DNA of 64,000 nucleotides from Leidyana gryllorum EB-2025a. Its lineage: Eukaryota; Protista; Apicomplexa. Position 1 is the stretch's first letter; the number at the start of each line of letters is the position of its first letter. The DNA lies in assembly GCA_048772705.1 (NCBI GenBank), contig JBLWGC010000169.1:1-64000 (forward strand). The letters are read 5' to 3'. A program made the position numbers and the translations under genes. Of the stretch, positions 36,320-46,444 are shown piece by piece. The notes under the pieces are model-generated. The model searched no databases and was not told the DNA's origin. It saw only the letters and a list, made by a program, of their open reading frames with translations.

Positions 36320-36828
36320 TCTCAACACTCAACATTTTCTGCCGCCTGCGCTGCTATCTCCTATAGTGCTTCTGTAAAATCGACAACACTCAGATATACA
36401 CACACACACACACACACACACACTCCCTGGTGCACTGTGCATCCCGAAGATCTATAGCACGCACTCTGCAAGTTCAGTTTGCGAAGCGCAGCCTGCAAAG
36501 CCCAGCAGCACACACTCTGCAAACTCAGATTGCGAATGCACTTCGCAACCTCGGCCTGCGACAGATCTGTCTCGACCAACTTTGAGAGAGACTATTTGGT
36601 TTCGGTCACCAGGTATGGCAACTGGTTGATAAGACATGGCATAATTGGTACAAATTCAACGATAAATCGCGATTGAATGATTGATTATGGGCTTGCTAGC
36701 CGCAGTGTGAAGACTTGATTGAGGCTTCTACATCTCATGACGGGCCCTTTTCGGGCTGAGAGAAGTACTTTATTCTTCTTCATTTTGAGCACTCGAAACG
36801 GTGGGAGATCCGTCCGAACACATACTTT

Positions 36829-38052
36829 CTATTTGCTGACAAACTTGTAAATTCTGTCAACACAGATCTGGGGCTTCTCATCGCCCGGGTTGATAGTGAT
36901 ATTGTAGAGGAGAATGCGGCCTTCAGCTTTGTCGGGAAGACAAATCCGTGTCTCGTAGGCGACTCCGAGTTGTGGGTTCTCACGTTTCATCTGCATTGCT
37001 CGCACACTCTTGCCCCCACAGAACCACCTGATAGGATAGTCCACAATTGTGGTCGTTGCCGACCAGTCGCCAAGATCAGAATCTTTATCTTCAGTGACTT
37101 GACCTTTGAGCCCGGCCGTGGTGTGTTTAGACCCCACAGGCGTAGTGATCCAGCAGTGTAAGAGCGTGTCATTCTCCTCCAACACAGCGGTAAAGGGGAT
37201 TGCAAGCCGATTCATCACCATCCGCTTCATTTTAGCAATGCCGACGTGCACCATTTGGGGATCCAGCGAGTCCGACCGCGACAGAATCGTCGTCCAATTG
37301 CCCAACTGAGCTTTGGCATGGACCAACAGCTCCTCGTATGACCCTCGCTCCACTCCGGGAGCTGCGCGCATAAGTGAGATGCAAGATGAATATGCACAGC
37401 GCACCAAGATGAATATGTAATGCGCACGAAGATGAATATGCAACGCGCACACATCCAGTCAAGCAAACAGACAACTGGGAGCAAACAGGCAACTGGCGCA
37501 CTTACGGGTGATAAGGGGCGTGACCGGATCGAAGGAGCTGTGAGCTGGGTACAAACAAATGCATTTCACGATGGATGGAACACTTCCGTCCATGGCATCG
37601 TCGGCGGTGTCCTCAAGGTGGCTGATGGAATTCTCTCCGGTGGAGCACTCGACATCATCTTGGCTTTCTTGCAGCCGTCTGACTGCAGAATAGGTGGAAG
37701 CCACCGAGTAGAAGGACTTGCGCGACTCGCTTCGCTTGACGGAACGAGATCGGCGTCGCACGAGTTTGGGCGTGCCACTCTTATTGACCAGTTCTGTCAC
37801 AGCGGCTGTATCGCCTTCGATACTGCGTGAGAAATGAACCGTTGGCCGGCTGGTATTCGCAGTGCGTTTCGAACGGCGCGGAATGCAACAATGAGTGGGT
37901 GGTGATGCAGCAGCAGTCGTAGCCACTGTTGGATCGACGGGAGCCTTTTGGCTCTTATGACGACGGAAAAGACCCAAGCGGCTCCGACGCGTCTTTCGCG
38001 CGGTAGTGATAGGACTACTAACTACGACCTCCTGAGTAGAAGAGGCAGTCAT
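36829..38052 (-). CDS. Protein with basic/Ser-rich N-terminus and C-terminal FABP/lipocalin-like domain
   Basis: LGNWTTILSRSDSLDPQM..VGI..MKR and C-terminal CVDRIYKF resemble FABP motifs; intron region near 37370-37505. Confidence 0.6.
37383..37450. repeat. 23-bp intronic tandem repeat (AAGATGAATATG...GCGCAC, 3 copies)
   Basis: Directly visible. Confidence 0.9.
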
Positions 38053-38090
38053 TGATTGGATTGATCAGTTAAGTGTGAAAAGAGAGAGGT

Positions 38091-38464
38091 ATGAGCGGAG
38101 ATCCGATCTTTAGTCAGATTTTGATCACACCCAGAGAGACAGTCGCAGTGTGTGTGACATGCAACACCATAATGACTTGTGGATGTTACATATGGGTAAG
38201 AAATTCTCTCTCCTTCACAGCCTGATATTTCCGCAGGGTGAATGTACAGATGTGTCTGTCTGTCGCGCCGTGGGCGTCTGGGCGGGTGTAGCTGTGACTC
38301 TGCTGCTCGCCCTGATGGTCTGGGGCACTGTCACTTTAGCCAACTTTGCCTCTTCAGTGGACTATGCCCGAATGCTCGCTGAGGTCGAGAAGGACTCCCC
38401 CCTCCCCCCAACTTCGGCCAAACTGTCCACTGACTCGCTCACTAACACTGGAATTAGAGACTGA
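38091..38464 (+). CDS. Small single-pass membrane protein (tentative)
   Basis: ATG 38091, possible intron to the acceptor near 38237, TM GVWAGVAVTLLLALMVWG. Confidence 0.4.
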
Positions 38465-39247
38465 TCCCAGGGTATGTAGGTCTGCAGGCAGATATTGAGA
38501 GTACTACTCCACTGGGAGCGTCGTGCACGATCTATCGGTGGAAAAGAGAGAATAGAGGGAGCCAAGTTATTGTGAAGGACGCGATTGCAAGTTTAGGAGT
38601 TGCGTAGTGCACTTGGAAGTTGCACTTGGAAGTTTGCACTTTGCATAGAACAGCTCATAGTTTCTGATTTGAAGCAAGGACTTTGGATGAATCAATCTTC
38701 TGAGATGGGAGAAAAAATAGCACTAAGTCGTCCCCAGTGACACCGATCGCCACACAAGCGTAAAATCTCCACTTTCAACTTGAGAGTGAGCTAAAGGATC
38801 TTTAGAGTCCTCGATGTATGCTGGATCCATCAAAGGAAGCCAGCCAGCCAATGGCTAGAGGGCCGTCGAAACAGCTTTCCCGATAGAGACATTGTTCAAT
38901 CTTATAGTGAGAGTGTGATGGCGGGGTGTGTGGTGGCACCTTGATCCGTCGAGTGTTCCTCAGCAGCTCTGCGAGACGCGGAGAAGTAGAGAAGAAATCA
39001 GAGGGGTTGTGAGTAATGGGTCACTTTTTGTGTCCCATTGGTCAATGACAATGTTCTGCGCAGAGCGAAAGGGTGAGATCACACACTCAGCCCCCTTCGA
39101 CACGGATCGGCACACAGACACTCACACACACACCAGCCGCTGATCCCCAGTCTCGTGTGTAGTGAGATGTTCTTCAACAGACAAGAGACACAGAGAGAGG
39201 AAGAGAGTTAAAAATTGAGTAAAGGGGTCAATGAAGCGATGTCTTCT

Positions 39248-41929
39248 TTAGAAGAAGGCCACGAGTGGGAGTAGAATGGTAGAGAAGGTAATGATGGTGG
39301 CAGCTGTCCTCAGATTGAGGCTAGCAGCTGAGGCTGCAGTGGATTGAGAGGGTTTGGGGGTAGAAGTGGTATCATTGTCATCGGAGGAGTCGCTGTCTTC
39401 GGTGGCGAGGCCGGGGATGGAGACAGCGAAGGCCAATTCGCGATTGTAGGATTGATCGGTCCATTGGGCATCGGTCATATAGAATGTAACTAGTTGGCTT
39501 TGCTCAGCCAGGTATGTTTGGATAGGCATCACAGTGGGTACAGTGGTGGAGATTGTTGGGATTTGGCCGAGATTCTCGCCTGTGTCCCGGCGGTACAGAT
39601 TGAATGGGCCGTTTAGCTGGGCATCCTTTGCGATAAAGTGTAGGTTCAGAGGGAAGAGCACATCTGGGGAGGACGGTCTGTCTGCTGAGGGGTATGAGAC
39701 TTGGATCAAAGCGTCTCGAGCAATGATAATTGTACTGTTCACCATGCGGGGTGCGGGAGAAGCGATCACCGGATTCTCGACGACGTGCGCTTTGAAGAGA
39801 TCGGCGATCGAGAAGGATCTCGGCACCTTTGCTCCGCTGCGCAGATGGGTCGATCCGCTGTCTCCTTCGGGGAGACTGGCCAACTCGGTGTGTCCGAGCG
39901 CGCCGTGGCGCAGATAGTCAGAGACGACAACAGTGAAAGTGGTCTCGTTGTCGGTGGGGCTCACTGGCAGCCCTCTGACGTGAACATTGACAATCTCTGT
40001 GCCGGCGGGTCGGCGGAAGTCGTAGCCGACTTGGACTCCAGAGAGAGCGAGCGGGCGGAATAGATTGGTAGCGGAGTTCCACTGCTGTCTGAGGACAGTG
40101 TAGAGTTGGGCGGGCGTTATAGAGAGAGGGACGACCGCAGTATCGGGCCGGAAGAGCAGTTCTTCGACATGTCTGGAAGTGAGAACATTCTCGGCCTCGG
40201 GCCCGGAGAGCCCAAAGGCCGCAATGTTACCCTCGAGAATGGCCATATCGACCTCCAATCGTTCGGTGATGGCGTCAGCGATCAGAACGGCGATCGGAGA
40301 CTCTTGAGTGTAGGAGCTGCTGGGCACTTGGGGGTTGACTGCCACCGGGACGGATCCTTCGAAGATGCCAATCTCGTGGTTTGGCGAGACACTGTTGGCC
40401 TGATCGAGATAGTATTCGAGGAAAGACGGCCAGACGGGTCCCCAAACGTCTTCGACCTCTCCTTCGACCTCAAATTCACCGAACGGTTGGATAGAGACGC
40501 GAGCTTCCGGATACAATGTGATGCGTTCCGGTCGGGAGAGGTCGACTCTCCCGACATTCATTCCACGCGGCAGAGACTGCACAACCCATCGACGGTCTGG
40601 GAGCTGAATAGTCGCCTCCACCATTGTCCGACTGCCAACGAAACCGTCAAAGTGGGTGAATGTGTTGACGATTTGGGCAAACTCTGTCTCGTTCTGCTCA
40701 ATTTCCAGCTCGGGATTCTCCGCGAACACCGGATTGATACCGCCAGACACCAACAGAATACAATAGAGCCCCGGCTGATCCTTCTTTAACGCTCCACATC
40801 GCTCATTGATCTGAGCGTAGGTCCCGTCAAAATCGGTCCGAACCTCATAAGTCTTCTGCACTGACGGATCGAGCGTCGCCACAGTGTCCTCAGTCATCAG
40901 TCCAAAGAAAGCGACTCGCAGCGGCCTCCACGTAATACCCGCTGTCGACACCTCTACGGTCGTCAAGTAATACTCGGGCCAAACCAAACCTCCGTCTCCC
41001 CTCACGGCGACTCCAGCCGCAGTTTCGGTGCCTTCTGAGCTCTCCTCGGGCTCTGTGGTGGCCACCGAGTCGCCTTCGACAGCAGCAGCGGCCGCCTCTT
41101 TGGCCTCGCGCAGTTCGGGGGCCCAGAAGATGTTGGAGCTGACGTATGTAAAGGTGACGCCGGCTGCGGTCAGATAGTCGGGGCCCATAACGAGTTCGAG
41201 ATCGCCGACGTTCCCAACGCCAAAGTTGAGCATATAGCGAAAGAGGTACGGGGTGGCCTCTTTGGTGGCCCGCACGTTCCAGGGAGACCCGCCGACAAAG
41301 TTTCCGGCCGACACCAACAGCGGGGTTCGCACATATTGTTCCCGAGGAAAGGTCCACAGATAGTTCGCAAACTCAACGGGGTACTCGAGGGGGTCCTGAG
41401 AGTTATCCGGACCATTGAGACTGCCCATAAAGTCACTTAACGTAAAGAGACTCGACGTCATACGTGGAGTGTCGGCCGGCAACTGGTCGTGATCGATCCG
41501 ACAGTACACTTTGTAGTCAGTGATCGGCTCTCTGACTGCGTAGAGGATCGGATGCGACCCCACAGCCATAGCGGCGATTTGGATTGGCAGCTGGAAGCGA
41601 ACCTCAAAGTGGGCCATAGGGGCTACGACCTGAGTAAAGTCCGGCGTACGACTCAACTCGCCGTCCGGGGAGATAAAGTAGAGATTGGCAGTGTTACGAG
41701 AGATGGCCAACTCGAGCAGAAGCGGATCGGAGCCGTCATTGCTCCCAGTCGCCGTACAGCGATGCTCATACGGACGCGTGTCACCAAACACAGAGGCGAC
41801 GTTCTCACACTCACAAAAGAAGAAAGCCACTGGACCATCGCTTTTAGGTTCTTCGACAAAGGTCTCATTGCCCTCTCCAGCGACAGCACCTCCAATGATC
41901 GACAAAAGGAGATAAGTCAATGACCTCAT
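39248..41929 (-). CDS. Secreted, probably GPI-anchored 5'-nucleotidase-like protein with degenerate active site
   Basis: Signal peptide; LSDFMGSL, LLVSAGNFVGGSP, VAFFGLMT, ESPIAVLIADA, ITPAQLYTVLRQQW and VSDYLRHG match the metallophosphoesterase and 5'-NT C-terminal domains; S/T linker then hydrophobic C-terminus; intronless. Confidence 0.8.
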   Translation of the reverse strand: MRSLTYLLLSIIGGAVAGEGNETFVEEPKSDGPVAFFFCECENVASVFGDTRPYEHRCTATGSNDGSDPLLLELAISRNTANLYFISPDGELSRTPDFTQVVAPMAHFEVRFQLPIQIAAMAVGSHPILYAVREPITDYKVYCRIDHDQLPADTPRMTSSLFTLSDFMGSLNGPDNSQDPLEYPVEFANYLWTFPREQYVRTPLLVSAGNFVGGSPWNVRATKEATPYLFRYMLNFGVGNVGDLELVMGPDYLTAAGVTFTYVSSNIFWAPELREAKEAAAAAVEGDSVATTEPEESSEGTETAAGVAVRGDGGLVWPEYYLTTVEVSTAGITWRPLRVAFFGLMTEDTVATLDPSVQKTYEVRTDFDGTYAQINERCGALKKDQPGLYCILLVSGGINPVFAENPELEIEQNETEFAQIVNTFTHFDGFVGSRTMVEATIQLPDRRWVVQSLPRGMNVGRVDLSRPERITLYPEARVSIQPFGEFEVEGEVEDVWGPVWPSFLEYYLDQANSVSPNHEIGIFEGSVPVAVNPQVPSSSYTQESPIAVLIADAITERLEVDMAILEGNIAAFGLSGPEAENVLTSRHVEELLFRPDTAVVPLSITPAQLYTVLRQQWNSATNLFRPLALSGVQVGYDFRRPAGTEIVNVHVRGLPVSPTDNETTFTVVVSDYLRHGALGHTELASLPEGDSGSTHLRSGAKVPRSFSIADLFKAHVVENPVIASPAPRMVNSTIIIARDALIQVSYPSADRPSSPDVLFPLNLHFIAKDAQLNGPFNLYRRDTGENLGQIPTISTTVPTVMPIQTYLAEQSQLVTFYMTDAQWTDQSYNRELAFAVSIPGLATEDSDSSDDNDTTSTPKPSQSTAASAASLNLRTAATIITFSTILLPLVAFF

Positions 41930-41985
41930 CGTAGATTCAATGTATCAATGAAAGGGAAAGAAAGAGAAGGGGAGGACCAAAATAT

Positions 41986-44900
41986 ATGTGTCAGAGTGTC
42001 AATGAGTCAATGTTAGCAGCAGTGTCAATACTTCTTCGAGTAATGAGTTCAGATGGAGTCAGAAGCTCTTCCCAATCAGAAATAACTGATTCAATGTTCA
42101 ATGATAGTGATGTTTTTGACCTTCAAAGATTGATGGGTCACCCAATCAGTGTCCACGTCTCCTCTACGTCACCCAGCCACGTAGTCCAGCGTGCCCAGCG
42201 TAGCCCTCCAACAATGCAGAATGTTTACATAGAACTTTATAACCTGTCGAGGCAGCACCACCCGTCCTTCCGGGAATGGACAGCGCTCTGGCTGACCTCT
42301 TATTACCCCCAGTGAGCTGTCCATCCATTTCTCTCTCTCTCCTTTCAGTCACATTGTTCGCTCAGTGATTTGGAATTGTTAGAACGGCAGCCCTGTGACG
42401 ACTTTCTCACAGCCAAAGCGCTGTTGTATGTGTTGGGATGCCGCCGAGTAGATAGACTCTTTAACTTTGAGGAGGACGCCGGTACCTATGTATCGGAGCC
42501 GCTGCCCCAAAGGTTCGAAGATCATCGCGACTATGTTTGCCGAACACTCCCAATTCTCGCTCTCGAGCTCAGAGCTCAGCTGCAGAGAGGCGAGCGGGAT
42601 AAGCCGATGCCCGACAACACACAATCAGTGCAATTGACAATGCGACTACAAAAGCCCCTTACCAACAGCGACACTCACCTATACTCCATCACACTCTCAC
42701 CGCTCCCAATGGACCTTTTCAAAGCGGCTGACGTCCTCACCATCACTCTGCCGGACGAAAAGGGATCCATTCTCGTCCCGATCCTGAGTGAGCCTCAGCA
42801 GGATTGACTCTGTGTTCTCTTGACATGTCACTCTTTCTCCAGCCGCCTCGGCCGGAATCGGACGCGCACTGCTCTGTCTGCCCGAAGCTGCCGAAATGGG
42901 CAGTCGCCTCATCGCTCTGGCGCCCGCAAAGGACAAAAGTTGGGTCGCAGATCATCTGCTCCACCAAACTGCCTTCGTTCAGGCCCTGGCAGATCTCTTG
43001 ACTGCTGCCGACGGCTGCCTGACAGTGGAGGCCGCCCGAGTTTGGACACTCTCGAACCCCTGGCGGGAACTCGAAGCCATTATGGCCCTCGACCACAGCC
43101 CATTGGCTTCCAGTATCATCTCGCTGGACCCCAGCGCTGCTCCGGTTCCTTCTTCTACCCCTCTCCCCAACGCCTTTGGTGATCGGTTCAATGCCTCACA
43201 GCGAGCCGCTATCCAAGCAGCCGTCACCGCCTCCAAAGGTGTAACTCTCATTCAGGGGCCTCCAGGGACGGGAAAAACCACTCTAATTCAAGGAATCCTG
43301 GGCCTCGTCCTCCACGGCTACGGTGTGGGGGCACCCCCATCACCACCGCCACCCACCAAATCGCGCAGAGCCCCACGCCCATTACCGCAGTACTGCGCGC
43401 CTCCGTGGCTCACCGGTGTCCACGACTGGTATTCAGAGTAAGTGACGAACCTGCGTGGCACACCCCATGTGACACCCCGTGTGGCACACCCCATGGCACA
43501 CCCCATGGCACACCCCATGGCACACCTTACATTCACCTCATTTCCGGCCAAACTTTGCAGTCACGTTGAGGATCCCGAGTTATGTGAGGAGTATGGTGAG
43601 GATCAGCCGGATTGGGGTAACTTTATCAAACTGCCGAGCGACGATGGTTCCACCCATACGGGACGGTGGCGTGTGTTGATTTGTGCGCCATCGAACGCTG
43701 CGTTGGATGAAATAGTGTTACGTTTGACGAGAAGAGGGGTAATGCTCGAAGATGGAGACGACGAGATACCGTCAGTGGTGCGAGTTGGGCCAAATCCTTC
43801 TGAGAGTGTAATGGAGCACACTTTGTTGAATCGAGTTCAGCGGCTGAATGAGCGGTTGGCTGAGCCTTTAGAGCAGAAAGAAGCTGCGAAGCGAGTTTTG
43901 ATGGGATCGGATGTGGTGTTGGCGACTTTGGCGTTGTCGAGTTTGACGGCATTTGACTCGTTGGACGTTAAATTCGATTTAGTGATCATTGACGAAGCGA
44001 CTCAGGCGACTGAGGCGCTGATATTGATACCTTTGCAGCACAAAGTGGAGCGACTGATAATGATAGGAGATCCGGCGCAGCTGCCAGCGACTGTATTCAG
44101 TCAGGTGGCAGTCGACAGAGGGTGGAACCGGTCACTGTTCGCTCGAATGGTCAGTGTGTGGCCTCTGCACGTGTTATCCGAACAGTACCGAATGCATCCG
44201 GCGATTTCGGCGTTCCCCCGAGAGGAATTTTACACTCTGACCACTGAAGCGGTAAATCACGCCGGACAGACAATAACGACAAAAGAGACCATTCTGACCG
44301 ACGCACCGGAAATCCTTCAGCGGTTTGGAGAGGTGAGTGTTCGGGGTGTTTGAGCTGTTTTCACTTTGTTCGCTTCGTTCAGCACAAACCAATGGCGTGG
44401 GAGATGTTACCGTATTTCCGCCCGTTTGTGTTTTATGATTTGCGAAATGCCCGAGAGCAACAAGTGACTCTGTCTCGAGTGAACGCTGCGGAGGCTCAGA
44501 CAGTGGTGTCGCTGTTGTCGCTGTGGATCGTTGTGTGTCGGGAGCGGCTGAATCTGTCAGACGAGTGGACGAAGCGGATGGGAGTGGTGACACCCTACGC
44601 AGAACAGGCGCGACTGATACGGGAGAAATTGAAACGATCCGAATTGGCCGATTACGACATTGAAGTCAATACCGTTGACGCATTTCAGGGACGCGAGAAA
44701 GACGTTATCGTCTTTTCCGCCGTCAGAAGTCACCAAGAGGGCGAAGGAGATAATAAACGGGCACGGATAGGGTTCTTGGCGGATGCCCGACGATTGAATG
44801 TGGCATTGACACGAGCGCGCAATAATCTGTGGGTTGTCGGAAACGCGGCCTACTTGAAGAAAGGTAACCCCATGTGGAGTCGCTTCGTTGATCACTCAGT

Positions 44901-45060
44901 CACCAATAACGCTCTGATCGATCTACCCGCCAACGACGACGATCAACCCGGACTTCTCCGGGCACATCTCAATAACTACCTGGCCGAGCAACCCGAGATC
45001 TCCAGGCGTCTCGCCCTCGAAATGCCTTATCTGCATCGAATCATCACTGCCCTCGACTAA
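41986..45060 (+). CDS. Sen1/senataxin-like superfamily 1 helicase (multi-exon)
   Basis: IQGPPGTGKT, CAPSNAALDE, IIDEATQ, GDPAQLPAT, QYRMHP, VTPY, VDAFQGRE and RRLNVALTRAR. Confidence 0.9.
43458..43526. repeat. 12-bp intronic tandem repeat (CACACCCCATGG)
   Basis: Visible inside the intron 43439-43560. Confidence 0.9.
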
Positions 45061-45238
45061 ACATTCATAGATAGAGACAGACAGGGCAGCAGAAGGGGCA
45101 GCAGAAGAGACAGCAGAAGAGACAGACAGCCAGCCAGCGAACGACCCATCATCCTTCAACAAGGACGACGAGAGAGCCACCGACAGAAACGAGAGAACGC
45201 ACAGAGACACCGGGAGACGACCACACCCTCCCTCGCAA

Positions 45239-46387
45239 TCAACCGAGAGCACAACAACCGCTCTCGTTAGGCCGAATGATCGGCCCCGCTCTCTCCTCCT
45301 CCAACCGGATAGTTCCTTCGCTCAATCGACGTGTCCGCCCGGCTTCACCAAAACCAGCCGGCCCAACGCCTCCAGCTGCACAAACAACGGGTCTCCCCAA
45401 CACAATAATGTCCCACTCACTCGCAGTGTCAGTAGGCGGCTTCTTTTGTTGCGCCCTCTCATGTATGGCTACCAAAAACAATAATGTCGCTCCCTATTCA
45501 ATCAAAGCTCACCTTGCAGCATATCAGTCATCATTCGATCCACATTATGAGTCGAAACTGCTGAGACTTCCATGAAGGATATACCTGAAACGCGAGACAG
45601 AAAGATTACTTGATCGACGTCCCGAATTGCATGGTGCACACGACATAGGAAGGTTGCACAGTGAAGCGTGTGCTGTGCTCAGTGCTCAGTGCACGGTGCA
45701 CGGTGCCCGCTTGCACAATTCCTTATGCATTGTGCCCCCGCCCTTATCGCGCACTCACCGCTCTTTTGAGCAAAGTGTGCAGCAGTTTCGTACGGGACCT
45801 GACGTTTGCTGGGATCAGCATCGATCAGGTCATACTTGTTTCCAACAAGCATTATGTCGACATCGGGTTCAGAGTTCTGGCGAATTGCAGCCAGCCACTA
45901 CGTTGCCAAGAAAACTCGTGCGTTATTAGTCATCCCTTGAGGCATAGGTAGGCGTACCTCTGCCGCATTTCGGAATGATTGAAGGTTAGTCAAATCGTAG
46001 ACGAGGAAACCGCCCTGAGCTCGGCGAAAGTGGGTCGCTGACAATGAACGGAACTTTTCTTGCCCGGCTGCAACAGGAGGGAGTTAGAAAAGAGTGAGGG
46101 GGAGAGAGGGGAGAGAGGGAAGAGACGCTCTGCCCTCTTTGGAGTGAGTGAGTGGCTGACCTGTATCCCAGAGGCAGCATTTGACTTTTTCACCGCCTGG
46201 AAGTTGAAAGGGTAGGGCGCCGAACATGACTCCTATGGTGGCTCGAGGGTGGAGGGGCAGTTTATTGCGGAGTACGCGCTCGAATAAGTGGGATTTTCCC
46301 ACATTGACATCTCCGCAGAGGATTACTGTGGACGGAAGAGAGAGGTTTGTCTGTGTGTTTGTCTTTACTTACGTTTGTAGCTTTCAT
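45239..46387 (-). CDS. Divergent Rab11B-like GTPase paralog (multi-exon)
   Basis: GDVNVGKSHL, ATIGVMF, LPGGEKVK, WDTAGQEKFRSLSATHFRR, LVGNKYDL, MEVSA and C-terminal CCALG. Confidence 0.85.
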
Positions 46388-46444
46388 ATTGCTCCGCGTC
46401 AGGAAACATTCGTTCCTTCTCGTCCTCAATTTTTGGGTGGCTAA

